Assembly (NCBI GenBank): GCA_963796275.1
Contig: CAWCKY010000001.1
Coordinates: forward strand, 384,001-448,000
Source: an uncultured Acidobacteriota bacterium
GTDB taxonomy: Bacteria; Acidobacteriota; Blastocatellia; RBC074
Reading direction: 5' to 3'
DNA: 64,000 nucleotides
Part shown: positions 9,523-21,013 of the stretch, in pieces
How the letters are laid out: every line of letters starts with the position of its first letter
How positions within the stretch are numbered: the first letter of the stretch is position 1
Made by a program: the position numbers and the translations under genes
Notes under the pieces: generated by a model
Told to the model about the DNA's origin: nothing
Seen by the model: the letters and a program-made list of their open reading frames with translations, nothing else
Databases searched by the model: none

Positions 9523-11010
9523 CTACTCCACCATTGTTTTGATGCCAGCGCTTTCGAGGTTCTTCTCCTCACCGACGGGAGTATGCAAAAGGGCAAAGAA
9601 ACGGTGCAAGCTCGCGGACGCTTCGGGTTGCGTCATCAGACTGATGATGATCATCGCCGCAAAACCCACCAGGAGCGAGGCGAGCAGTTGCGGCCCTTTG
9701 TCCCATCCCAGATAGCTACCCGTGAAGAAGAAGACCGCCGGACCGCTCGTCACGCTCGCCCATGCCCCATACCGGTTGGCGCGCGCCCAGGTGATTCCGA
9801 CCCACATCGGAATTCCGACGAAGGCGACTATCTCCACAAAATGGATCGTCGCTTTTACGACGGATGGAATGTAGAGAGCGATCAGGAGACTGCCGACAGT
9901 GATCGCGCCGGATGCGATACGACCGATCAGCAAATAATGGGCGTCGTTCGCCTCGGGTTTCAGATAGCGCCGGTAGAGGTTCCGCGTGAAGAGCGCGGAA
10001 CCCGCCACCATAAAAGCCGAACACGATGCGATGACGGTTGCGATGATCGCCGCAACCATCAATCCGACGAGACCGGAGGGAAGCAATTGTTTGATCATCG
10101 CGCCGAATGCCAGTTCGCGCTGGGTTTTGATCAAGCTGTCGCCCGCCAGAAGGACGGCAGCGATGAGGCCGGTGAGCGCCCATCCGATCGTGCAGAGCCG
10201 CTTGATGAAGTTCCCGTAACACCAACCGATCCTGCAATTCATCTCCGTTTTTCCGCTGCCGGCGACCGCCATATGATGCGGCTGCGCGACGATGCCGACC
10301 AGTCCGCTGATGACGAGCATGGTGATGGTGAATAGCGTAAGTTCCTTGGGCGCGATGAGCGAAAACATCTGCGGGTCGAGCCTCGCATGCAGCCCCGAAA
10401 AGCCGCCGACCGCATTCAATCCGAATGGGACGAGCAGAAATGAAAGGATGAGGATGAAGATGCCCTGAATGAAATCGGTCGTCACAGTGGCGACCAGTCC
10501 GCCGGCGATCCCGAAGAGAACGAAGAGGCCGGTAATTCCCCAGACCAACCACCCTTCCGGAATACCCGTGATGGCCGTGATCGTCGTCGCCGCGCCTTTG
10601 ATAATAGTCCCCTGCCAGAGCATAAAGAGATAGATGGCAAAAAATGTATATCCGACTCCGAGTGAGCGGCTGAAGCGCTCCTCAAAAAAATCGGCCGTCG
10701 TCACATAACGCATCCGGCGAAAAATCGGCGAGAGCAACCAGAAGAACGGAGTCGAGAATATCCACATCCACTGGTACCAGATGCCCGCCATCCCGATCTC
10801 GGCTGATGCGCCGGCAACGCCGATCGCATAATCAGCGCGCGTTCCCGTCGTGAGCGCCTGAGCGATCATCAACGATTTGCCGAAGCGGCGATTGCCCATA
10901 AAAAATCCATCGGTGTCTTTCACCTTTCGCGAAACATAGAGACCGAAGGCTGTTATTCCGACGAGATATGCGATGATAACGATGAGATCGAGTGTCGATA
11001 AGCCAGTCAT
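9523..11010 (-). CDS. Sodium:solute symporter (SSS) family transporter
   Basis: LDLIVIIAYLVG..FFMGNRRFG, GGL...TTDFIQG, LPSGLVGLMVAAIIA; many TM helices; start reassigned to MTGLSTLD. Confidence 0.9.
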   Translation of the reverse strand: MTGLSTLDLIVIIAYLVGITAFGLYVSRKVKDTDGFFMGNRRFGKSLMIAQALTTGTRADYAIGVAGASAEIGMAGIWYQWMWIFSTPFFWLLSPIFRRMRYVTTADFFEERFSRSLGVGYTFFAIYLFMLWQGTIIKGAATTITAITGIPEGWLVWGITGLFVLFGIAGGLVATVTTDFIQGIFILILSFLLVPFGLNAVGGFSGLHARLDPQMFSLIAPKELTLFTITMLVISGLVGIVAQPHHMAVAGSGKTEMNCRIGWCYGNFIKRLCTIGWALTGLIAAVLLAGDSLIKTQRELAFGAMIKQLLPSGLVGLMVAAIIATVIASCSAFMVAGSALFTRNLYRRYLKPEANDAHYLLIGRIASGAITVGSLLIALYIPSVVKATIHFVEIVAFVGIPMWVGITWARANRYGAWASVTSGPAVFFFTGSYLGWDKGPQLLASLLVGFAAMIIISLMTQPEASASLHRFFALLHTPVGEEKNLESAGIKTMVE

Positions 11011-11098
11011 TGCTGAAATGTAACACATATTAATCGCTGCTGAGTAGCAAATATAGGTATAATGCCTCCGCCACCTTGGGAACACGGGAGAATCAGAT

Positions 11099-12583
11099 AT
11101 GCTTCAGAGAATGTCTAATATATATCTCGCCGCCCTCTTCGTTCTTTTCTCAATGGCCGCTGTATGTTCCCCTGTCTACTGCCAGCTGATCGGCGAAACC
11201 GATCGCATCAACGAACTAAGAAAATTGCGCGACGAACTGAGAGCATCGGAATCGCTGCGCTATGCGGACGTCACGGTCGTCATGAGCGAGCGCATGATCG
11301 TTCACACCGCGAGACAGATGGAGGGCCTGGAAATCCTGTTATCGCGCGGCGGCGTTCTGCAGCTCAAATCGATCGGTATCGAACTGGCACCGGCTGCTGC
11401 GATCGTGAAGATCGGGGTCCAGGCGAAATCGTCAGTCAACGTCAACCTGCTCTTGACGGGCCGCCTTGGCACCGGCGAAGTCAGAGGCGACCTTTTCCAA
11501 CTGCCGTTTCAGATCACCGATGTCTCGATTTCGAATGGGACCTTCTCCTCTCTCTTTCTGCGCACTTTTCTCGGAGATTGGTTAACAGCAAAAAAGTGGA
11601 ATGAAGAACTTCCACCGCTCGAGTTACCCCTCGAGATCGGAGAGGCGCTGCAGATCCGCGCAAGCCGCTTCCAGGTCGAAGGATCGCTACCGATGGAGAT
11701 ATCCACACCGGCTTATCAATCCTCGTTGAGATTCAAGATCGGCTCCTTCCTCGTGCTGGATAAACGCCTGGCCATCGGTCTGGAGATGGTCCGCGACCAG
11801 GCGGTAAGCGTATACATCGACCGGACATCTTTCACAGACTCTCCTGATCAGGATGCGGATTCCTTGGAGGATGAGGTCGCACGATTGAGTGAAGGATTGA
11901 ATTGCAGCAACGATCTTCGGCTGGTGGTCAACCGTCGCGTCATAAGCCGGCTTCTCGAACAGATCGCGGCAGCGCAGAGAAACGATTTCATGATAGACCT
12001 TAAAGCCTGTCGCGTCCGTTCGGAAGAGGTTGAGACCTTAGTCAAGGTATTGAACTACACTGATGTCGAAAGCGGTAGCGGGTACGCCGACGTGAGCCAG
12101 CTAAGCATTGAGCGGATCGCGGATGGCAGGCTGGACCTGCGTCTGAGCTTGCGCGGCGCAGTTGATTCGCGGTTGCGTGGGCGCGAATACGGAATCCCAT
12201 ATCGGCTCTCACCGCACACTACCTTTGCAATTGAGGATAGAATTATACAGCTGCAGACGATCAGCGAGGGCGATCGAGTCGTGCTGCGCGCATCCCCGGG
12301 CGCAAATCTGCCGATAAACTTTCGGTTCAGCGTCAAAGTCGCCGGACGCGATCTCGGCATCAATCGCAATACCTCGGTACAAATAGACCGATGGCTCAAC
12401 CGGATTGAAATCCCCTCCTTCTTTGGCCGCCAGTTTTCGTTGCCGCGCAGGCTCGAGATCGACGCCGGCGGAAATCTCTATGTGACGAGGAGCTTAAAGA
12501 TTAAATTTACGGTATCTAAAATGGTCGTGGAGACGATCGGGGATTCCATTAATATTATTGCCGATGCTTCATTTTCGCCTTAG
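11099..12583 (+). CDS. Hypothetical exported protein, beta-rich, 494 aa
   Basis: Long ORF with N-terminal signal-like segment; no family motif recognised. Confidence 0.7.
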   Translation: MLQRMSNIYLAALFVLFSMAAVCSPVYCQLIGETDRINELRKLRDELRASESLRYADVTVVMSERMIVHTARQMEGLEILLSRGGVLQLKSIGIELAPAAAIVKIGVQAKSSVNVNLLLTGRLGTGEVRGDLFQLPFQITDVSISNGTFSSLFLRTFLGDWLTAKKWNEELPPLELPLEIGEALQIRASRFQVEGSLPMEISTPAYQSSLRFKIGSFLVLDKRLAIGLEMVRDQAVSVYIDRTSFTDSPDQDADSLEDEVARLSEGLNCSNDLRLVVNRRVISRLLEQIAAAQRNDFMIDLKACRVRSEEVETLVKVLNYTDVESGSGYADVSQLSIERIADGRLDLRLSLRGAVDSRLRGREYGIPYRLSPHTTFAIEDRIIQLQTISEGDRVVLRASPGANLPINFRFSVKVAGRDLGINRNTSVQIDRWLNRIEIPSFFGRQFSLPRRLEIDAGGNLYVTRSLKIKFTVSKMVVETIGDSINIIADASFSP

Positions 12584-12644
12584 TATCAAGTATCAATGGA
12601 TATTCGATAAGGAAAATTAAAAAATCACCGATAAGAAAGGAGAT

Positions 12645-13385
12645 GTGACTATGACAGCCGTTGCCAATTACGATGTAAATACCTCTTGGGAAGGTATTTC
12701 AGGATTCATCACCCACCCGGAGTTCGGGATGCCGATGGGTTACCTCTTTAAGAAAAGGGATACCGGGTTTTTCTCGGGCGGGCTCCTATTCGGGATCCTC
12801 ACGATTCTTGTGTTGCTATATTTCGGAGGGGGCCCGTTTGCGCTCAGGCCGATAACTTTCGTTGTGGATAAGAAAGCGAAGGAGAGATACCTGGAAGATC
12901 AGAGAGCCCTGCGCGAGATAAGAGTAGACACCGAGAGACCGCCGTATGACGCAACGTTTTTTGATGTCAGCACGAGCGTCTTAATGCGCGTCTGTCCGGG
13001 GCTGGACTGCGATCCGATTTTAACGTTACAGCCCGGGATGCAAGTTGCTGATGCCAGAGGAAGAGAATTTCGCGATAACATCGAGTGGGTTAGAGTAAGC
13101 ATTAACGGAAGAGAAGGCTGGGTAAGCCGAAGGTATCTGCTAAGACCAGGCGAGGCAATCCAGCGCCAGCTGCCACCTCCGGACGTGCCGAATAACCTTC
13201 GGGTTAGAATTTCTGACATCTGGCTGCGTGAATGCCCCGGTCTTACATGCAGAGAGGTTGAGCCGCTTCCTTTGGGGGCTGCGGTCGCGAATCTTGGTCA
13301 GAGCAGGCCCGTTGATGCAGAGTGGTGGATCAAGATACGTTACGGCCCACGAGAGGGTTGGGTTGTACGAAATACACTGGAATAA
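12645..13385 (+). CDS. Membrane-anchored protein with two bacterial SH3-like domains
   Basis: TM segment, then two repeats R.CPGL.C...W.....REGWV; AAGGAG RBS. Confidence 0.8.
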   Translation: MTMTAVANYDVNTSWEGISGFITHPEFGMPMGYLFKKRDTGFFSGGLLFGILTILVLLYFGGGPFALRPITFVVDKKAKERYLEDQRALREIRVDTERPPYDATFFDVSTSVLMRVCPGLDCDPILTLQPGMQVADARGREFRDNIEWVRVSINGREGWVSRRYLLRPGEAIQRQLPPPDVPNNLRVRISDIWLRECPGLTCREVEPLPLGAAVANLGQSRPVDAEWWIKIRYGPREGWVVRNTLE

Positions 13386-13407
13386 CGAGATAAAGGAGTT
13401 TGTAGCC

Positions 13408-13623
13408 GTGAGAAATTTTCTGGAGAAAATGACAGGTAAAGAGATCGACGTGATCTGTGATGGCGCTTCGATCAGCGGCAAGGTAACAAGAATAGATGGC
13501 AATGTCCTCCACCTCGAAAAAGACGAAGTGACTTGCTATGTCAACATTGAAAAAATCGTCGTCTTATGGGATTCGCGCGAAAAGAAAGCTCATCCGCCAG
13601 GTTTTCTTCCAAAACCGAAATGA
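13408..13623 (+). CDS. Small beta-barrel protein (MM0924/Sm-like)
   Basis: GTG start after AAGGAG; GKEIDVICDG..ISGKVTRIDGNVLHLE...YVNIEKIVVLW...PGF. Confidence 0.7.
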   Translation: MRNFLEKMTGKEIDVICDGASISGKVTRIDGNVLHLEKDEVTCYVNIEKIVVLWDSREKKAHPPGFLPKPK

Positions 13624-13635
13624 AAAGCGCGTAAC

Positions 13636-13724
13636 TCCGGCTGATGGTCTTTGAAAATCGAACTATAATCAGCAGGTCCGCTCCCTTGCCTGTTGCTCTA
13701 TTTATTTCAAAACCGCCAGCCGGA
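13636..13724. repeat. Long imperfect inverted repeat between convergent genes
   Basis: TCCGGCTGATGGTCTTTGAAA ... TTTCAAAACCGCCAGCCGGA with internal AGCAGG/CCTGTT stem. Confidence 0.6.
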
Positions 13725-13757
13725 ATAGCTACCTGATGGTCTTCCGCCAGGTCTTAA

Positions 13758-14432
13758 CTATTCGTTGCTCAATAAAACCTTGTTGCTCTTGAGCGTCACG
13801 TGCCAGGAACCGAACTGATCAAGTTTTTGGGTTAATGAGGAGAAATCAATATCAGGCGCCCGCCGATAGCCGGTAATCCGCTTACGCCAATACTCATCGA
13901 AGTATGAGATGGTTACGCCTTTGGAACGGGATGCGTGATAGAACGAGTCGGCATCACGGATGATGCCTACGTGTTTCGTTCCTCTGAAGAACACGAGCGT
14001 GCCGAATTGGCTGGTCTCTGCTTCATTAGCTTTCGGTAATTGCTTCCAAAGTGAACGCGCATTCACACGCTCGAAATCGGCCCCAGCATCACGAAACACG
14101 CTCCAGATTAATCCGGAGCAGTCGTAACCGCGATCATCCACTCCATGGTAGCGATAGCGGATGCCCAAACGCCTTACGATAGCATTTTTGAGCAATACCG
14201 ATTTTCCAATTCTAATAGTACCAGGCGGTAACGAGTTGCCCCGCTCAGATTGTGTAAACAGCGAGTCGAAATCCCTCCTCGCTATCTTGCGCGCCTCTTT
14301 GGGCGGCGGTGGGCTAGGTTTTTTTATACGGCGAGCTCTCGTTTCTACTTGTGCATCTGCTCTGAACGGAACCTGTGTCCAGACTCCTGCAAACAGAGAT
14401 ACGCCAACCAGGACCTGAAAGGCTCTTTTCAT
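13758..14432 (-). CDS. NlpC/P60 (C40) cell-wall peptidase
   Basis: GYDCSGLIW, LVFF..TKHVGI, FYHASRSKGV; signal peptide. Confidence 0.9.
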   Translation of the reverse strand: MKRAFQVLVGVSLFAGVWTQVPFRADAQVETRARRIKKPSPPPPKEARKIARRDFDSLFTQSERGNSLPPGTIRIGKSVLLKNAIVRRLGIRYRYHGVDDRGYDCSGLIWSVFRDAGADFERVNARSLWKQLPKANEAETSQFGTLVFFRGTKHVGIIRDADSFYHASRSKGVTISYFDEYWRKRITGYRRAPDIDFSSLTQKLDQFGSWHVTLKSNKVLLSNE

Positions 14433-14746
14433 AATAATTATTCAATGCTCCGCAGGTCGTTCCATGGGCAGAACGAGTTGGGTAAAGATGAAGGCATCTT
14501 AGCGGTAAATCATGGAAATGTCACGTCTACCTCATGGCCAATTGGGAAGGACGAAGCTATACTGGGCTGTCTCTCGGGGCATAACACAACGATCAGACGA
14601 CAATCGATATGTCCACTGCTGTCATAGATATGCAATGAGAACGAAAAGACATATAGGATAAAAATTCGACGACAATTTTGTTATTTTTTTGCCCTTTTTA
14701 TTTCTACCTAACTTTCGTTATGATGAAGAAAAGTGATTAATTAGTT

Positions 14747-15859
14747 ATGAAAATAGCTATTTTGGGGACCAGGGGGATTCCCGCGAATTACGGCGGGTTC
14801 GAGACATTCGCAGAGCAGCTTGGTACGCGATTGGCTGCGCGCGAACACGAGGTCGCGGTTTACGGGCGCAGGCATTATTCGACGACCCAGAAAAGAGTTC
14901 ATAACGGAGTCGAACTCGTAATTCTGCCGACGATTCGTCACAAATACTTCGACACTGTCGTACATACCTTTCTCTCGGTAATACACGCCGTACCGCGCAA
15001 ATACGATGTGATACTGATATGCAATGCCGCCAACAGCATTTTCTCATTTATTCCCCGTATATTCGGTACACCGACGCTGGTAAACGTCGACGGTCTCGAG
15101 CGTAAACGCAGGAAATGGAATCGGATTGGCAAGGCCTATTATCGCCTCTCGGAATGGCTCTCGACCTTTCTGCCCACGGCGATCGTCACCGATGCCCAGG
15201 TTATTCAGGATTATTATGCGACTAAATACGGGGCGCGATCTGCGATGATCGCTTACGGTGCGGAAGTCGCTCGCCAGGCCGCCCCTGAAAAATTGGCCCG
15301 CTTCGGACTGGCGCCCAATCAATATGCGCTATATGTGAGCAGGTTGGAGCCGGAGAACAACGCGCATCTGGTGATCGAGGCCTTTCAGCGGGTCAATACA
15401 GACATGCCGTTGGTAATGGTCGGCGGAGCGCCCTACGCCCAGGAGTACATAGCGAAACTCAAGAGCACAAGTGATCCGCGCGTTCGGTTTTTAGGCTTTG
15501 TTTTCGGGGAAGACTATCGTGCTCTTCAGCAAAATGCCTATTGCTATATTCATGCTACAGAAGTCGGTGGAACCCATCCTGCCTTGATCGAGGCTATGGG
15601 CGCGGGCAACTGCGCACTGGCGCTCAATACGCCGGAGAACATCGAGGTGGTCGGAGATGCGGGGATCCTTTACGATTCAGTCGATACCCTGGCTGAGAAG
15701 CTTCAGTTACTGATTAGCGAACCTTCGATGATAGTCGAATATCGCCGGCGCTCGATGTCCAGAGTATTGCAATATTACAATTGGGAACAGATCACGGATC
15801 AGTACGAAGAACTGCTGGCGCAGCTCGCTGGCACGGAAGCGCCCGCACTACCGGCCTAA
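14747..15859 (+). CDS. GT4 glycosyltransferase (DUF1972-type, rhamnosyltransferase-like)
   Basis: MKIAILGTRGIPANYGGFETF, NVDGLE, SRLEPENN, GGTHPALIEAM. Confidence 0.9.
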   Translation: MKIAILGTRGIPANYGGFETFAEQLGTRLAAREHEVAVYGRRHYSTTQKRVHNGVELVILPTIRHKYFDTVVHTFLSVIHAVPRKYDVILICNAANSIFSFIPRIFGTPTLVNVDGLERKRRKWNRIGKAYYRLSEWLSTFLPTAIVTDAQVIQDYYATKYGARSAMIAYGAEVARQAAPEKLARFGLAPNQYALYVSRLEPENNAHLVIEAFQRVNTDMPLVMVGGAPYAQEYIAKLKSTSDPRVRFLGFVFGEDYRALQQNAYCYIHATEVGGTHPALIEAMGAGNCALALNTPENIEVVGDAGILYDSVDTLAEKLQLLISEPSMIVEYRRRSMSRVLQYYNWEQITDQYEELLAQLAGTEAPALPA

Positions 15860-15875
15860 AACAAAGTATCGAAAT

Positions 15876-16715
15876 ATGAATTATCAATCCAGCGCAAAGA
15901 TTCCACTCTGGCAACCGGTGATGGCGCTCATTAACGAACATAGCGGCTTGATCCGTTCAATGGTGCGTCGTGACCTGACGAGCCGCTACAAGGGCTCGAT
16001 CATGGGTTTGGCCTGGGCGTTCATAACGCCGGCAATAATGATCGTCATCTTCACTCTGATCTTTCAGGGAATTTTCAATGCGAGTTTCAGTTCGAGGTTC
16101 GGGGTGCAGGAAGGATATCTAAGCTACGGCATCAATCTCTTCTGCGGACTGTTACCATGGCTGGCTATCAGCGATGGCATCCAGCGCTCGACCATCTCGC
16201 TCATCGAAAATGTCAACCTCGTAAAACGAGTCGTCTTTCCGATAGAAGTGCTGCCGGTCAACCTGGCTCTATCGGCCCTCGTTCAGCAGCTGATTGGAAC
16301 TATTATCCTGATTATAGCGGCGCTGATCCTGGAGCACAGAGTGCAGCCTACCATCTTATTGCTGCCATTATTGATGGCGCCTCAACTGTTGGTCACGATC
16401 GGCCTCGGGTGGTTGATGGCCAGCCTGGGAGTCTTCATCCGTGATATGCCGCAATTCAATCACCTTGCCTTGCAGATGTGCATGTACCTTACTCCGATCT
16501 TCTACCCGGAACACCAGATTCCGGAGAGATTCAGATGGGTTGTAACCCTGAATCCGCTGGCTCCGCTCATCCGCAGCTATCGCAGAATTTTGCTCGAGGG
16601 CAGCATGCCCGATTGGAGCGGACTGTTGATAACTCTCGGATTCGGGGTGGTGTGTTTTATCTTAGGGTACTGGTGGTTTCAAAGGACGAAGAAAGCATTT
16701 GCCGATGTGCTCTGA
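15876..16715 (+). CDS. wzm: ABC-2 polysaccharide export permease (Wzm)
   Basis: RDLTSRYKGSIMGLAW, LVKRVVFP, YLTPIFYP, LNPLAPLI..YR, FADVL. Confidence 0.88.
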   Translation: MNYQSSAKIPLWQPVMALINEHSGLIRSMVRRDLTSRYKGSIMGLAWAFITPAIMIVIFTLIFQGIFNASFSSRFGVQEGYLSYGINLFCGLLPWLAISDGIQRSTISLIENVNLVKRVVFPIEVLPVNLALSALVQQLIGTIILIIAALILEHRVQPTILLLPLLMAPQLLVTIGLGWLMASLGVFIRDMPQFNHLALQMCMYLTPIFYPEHQIPERFRWVVTLNPLAPLIRSYRRILLEGSMPDWSGLLITLGFGVVCFILGYWWFQRTKKAFADVL

Positions 16716-16761
16716 AGTGTGGCTGGCCCATCACCCATCCTCTCCTATATCCTGACGATCC

Positions 16762-17181
16762 CTAACGATCGCGGAATTTATTGTTTTCGGTAGGTTCGCT
16801 TCGTTTTGAGCTCGAATCGAAAGCGCGGCGCATCGGTACGAGAGCCTCATACGCGTGGGGATCTTTTTGGAGGGCGGCATTTTGCGCGGCATAGTCGCGC
16901 AGCATCTCCAGGAAGCGATTGAACTCGCGCTGCATTTGATCCATCTTTTCGCGCATATTGAGAATGATCTCAACGCCGGCCAGATTAACGCCCAGGTCAC
17001 GCGTCAATTTCAGAATCGTCTCCAACCGCTCCAGATCTTCTTCCCCATAAAGCCGCACATTACCATTCGAGCGGGAAGGTGTGAGTAGCCCTTCCCGTTC
17101 ATAGAGCCGTAGCGTTTGCTGATGGATGCCGTAGTGGTCAGCCACCGCACTGATTGTGTAACCTTTGGCTCGTTTCTTCAT
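16762..17181 (-). CDS. hspR: MerR-family heat-shock repressor HspR
   Basis: YTISAVA..GIHQQTLRLYEREGLLTPSRS.GN.RLY, LTRDLGVNLAGVEIILNM; follows dnaJ. Confidence 0.9.
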   Translation of the reverse strand: MKKRAKGYTISAVADHYGIHQQTLRLYEREGLLTPSRSNGNVRLYGEEDLERLETILKLTRDLGVNLAGVEIILNMREKMDQMQREFNRFLEMLRDYAAQNAALQKDPHAYEALVPMRRAFDSSSKRSEPTENNKFRDR

Positions 17182-17276
17182 AGACGCGCGGGGAAGGGTT
17201 ACCAGAAAAAACACAAAAAAAGCGCCGGGAAAAAGCAGCCTGTTCGTGTCTTTTGTCTATTGGTTCCCTTCGGCGA

Positions 17277-18440
17277 TTATTCCAGTCCCAGTTCAACGCG
17301 CGGATTCGCCGGATTCCGTTTGGCGAATTCACGCAACAGATTTTTTGTGTCCTCATCGATGATCGTCGGCAGCACGATCTTCACCTCAACATATTGATCC
17401 CCGCGGGTGTTCCCGCGCAGGCTGGGAGCACCCTTTTCACGCAGGCGGAAAAGCTGTCCCGATTGGGTGCCGGGAGGAATGCGAAGCTGCGCCTTACCGC
17501 TGACGGTTGGCACCTCGATCTTCGCCCCCAAAGCAGCTTCGGGCAAGGTGATCGGGATCGTGCAATAGATGTTGTCGCCCTTGCGGGTGAATATCTTATG
17601 GGGAGATACATTCGTAACTATGTATAGATCCCCAGATGGCCCACCCCTGCTGCCAGCTTCGCCTTTACCGGAAACCTTCACGCGCGTTCCCGTGTCGACG
17701 CCCGCCGGTATGCGGACCTTAACCGTTTCGGATTTCGGAATGGTGCCCTTACCGCTGCAGACCGCGCAGGGCTGCGGTCGCTTGCCGGTGCCATTGCAAT
17801 CCGGACAAGCCTGATCGTAGCGCAGGAATCCGCCCCCTGAAGATATCTTTCCGTTGCCGCTGCAGTTTAGACAAACGACCTGGCTCGTACCGGCATTTCC
17901 TGATCCATGACATCGCTTACAGGGCTCGCTGCTGCGGACGTTAATGTTAGTCGTCAGTCCGTTGATCGCTTCCTCAAAACTTATTGCTAGGGGAAGCTCG
18001 ATATCTGCCCCCCGCTGAGCATGTGGGCGACCTTGTGAAGTAGCGCGCGTACCACCGAAGAGATCGCTGAAAATATCGCGGAAACTCGGCCCGCCTCCAG
18101 CGCCAGCCCCGGCATTTCCGGCGCCGGCTGTCCCCCCAGCCCCACCCGTGAATACGCTCCAGTCGAAATCAAAGCCCCCTGTATTCGCTGGTCCACGGGT
18201 CGCGTCTCTGATCGAATCGCTATAAGTCCCGAACTTATCGTAAACCTCGCGTTTCTTGGGTTCCGAGAGCACTTCATATGCCTCCGAGAGCTGCTTGAAT
18301 TTCTCTTCAGCAGACTTATCTCCCGGATTGACATCAGGATGATATTTACGAGCCAGGCGTCGGTAAGCCTTGCGTATATCGTCCTGCGAGGCGCCACGTT
18401 TAACACCGAGTACTTTGTAAAAGTCTTCGCGTTGGGCCAT
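17277..18440 (-). CDS. dnaJ: Chaperone DnaJ
   Basis: J domain with HPD, G/F region, four CxxCxGxG repeats. Confidence 0.96.
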   Translation of the reverse strand: MAQREDFYKVLGVKRGASQDDIRKAYRRLARKYHPDVNPGDKSAEEKFKQLSEAYEVLSEPKKREVYDKFGTYSDSIRDATRGPANTGGFDFDWSVFTGGAGGTAGAGNAGAGAGGGPSFRDIFSDLFGGTRATSQGRPHAQRGADIELPLAISFEEAINGLTTNINVRSSEPCKRCHGSGNAGTSQVVCLNCSGNGKISSGGGFLRYDQACPDCNGTGKRPQPCAVCSGKGTIPKSETVKVRIPAGVDTGTRVKVSGKGEAGSRGGPSGDLYIVTNVSPHKIFTRKGDNIYCTIPITLPEAALGAKIEVPTVSGKAQLRIPPGTQSGQLFRLREKGAPSLRGNTRGDQYVEVKIVLPTIIDEDTKNLLREFAKRNPANPRVELGLE

Positions 18441-18874
18441 TACTCAGTCTTTATCTGAATCTGTTTGCCAGCGATCTCTCTGCGTTTGGGAAGAACCACT
18501 TGCAAAACGCCGTGCGCCAGTTCAGCAGTAATATGTTCCGCATCGATCCGTTCGGAAAGGCTGAATGTGCGCTCAAATTTGCCATACGAGCTTTCAAGGC
18601 GATAAAAATGCTCGCCATGAACGTCTCTTTCCCATAAGCGCTCACCACGCAAAATCAAATTACCCTCGATAACCTTGATATCAATCTCCGAGCTCTTGAC
18701 TCCAGGCACCTCTGCAGACAATACGAAATTCTCCTGAGTTTCGTAGATGTCTACTGACGGCGACCAGGTGGAGACCGATTGCTCGGACGTGAAGAGATGC
18801 GGGCCTCGGAAGAACTCCGAAAGCTGGTGTTCAATTGCCGCGAGCTCGCTCAGCAAACGGTGTTGCTTGGCCAT
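18440..18874 (-). CDS. Hsp20/alpha-crystallin small heat-shock protein
   Basis: [35 protein letters not shown]; 1-nt overlap with dnaJ. Confidence 0.92.
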   Translation of the reverse strand: MAKQHRLLSELAAIEHQLSEFFRGPHLFTSEQSVSTWSPSVDIYETQENFVLSAEVPGVKSSEIDIKVIEGNLILRGERLWERDVHGEHFYRLESSYGKFERTFSLSERIDAEHITAELAHGVLQVVLPKRREIAGKQIQIKTE

Positions 18875-18875
18875 G

Positions 18876-18938
18876 GTTGTCAGTTGTCAGTTACCGGTTG
18901 TCGGTCGCCGGTTGTCGGTTGTCGGTTACCGACAACTG
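18876..18938. repeat. Heptamer (GTTGTCR) repeat with palindromic end
   Basis: gttgtca gttgtca gttaccg gttgtcg gtcgccg gttgtcg gttgtcg gtta ccgacaac. Confidence 0.8.
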
Positions 18939-18940
18939 TA

Positions 18941-20872
<1,932 letters not shown>

Positions 20873-20953
20873 TCTACCTCCATTGACTCAGTGCTGCTAA
20901 TCCCTTTGTCTACAATACTTGTAGATGTTATCGCGCTGCTTATATTAGTCGGC

Positions 20954-20982
20954 AGTATAGGAGTTGAGTGTGTTCTTGTCAA
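20954..20982 (-). promoter_or_regulatory. Sigma70 promoter of the dnaK operon
   Basis: Minus strand TTGACA-17 nt-TATACT. Confidence 0.85.
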
Positions 20983-20983
20983 G
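20963..20983. promoter_or_regulatory. HAIR operator (HspR binding site) overlapping the -35 box
   Basis: GTTGAGT-N7-TGTCAAG versus consensus CTTGAGT-N7-ACTCAAG; hspR is in the same operon. Confidence 0.75.
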
Positions 20984-21013
20984 TTTTCTGACCTGAAAAA
21001 TATAACAATAAAA

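Noticed and set aside
9364-10552. Long alternative ORFs (323 aa plus strand, 278 aa minus strand)
   Set aside because: Shadow frames overlapping the SSS transporter; no recognisable motifs
14433-14640. Possible c-di-AMP riboswitch or small ORF upstream of NlpC/P60; weak direct repeat (GKDExIL twice)
   Set aside because: No ydaO consensus elements; the repeat is short and degenerate
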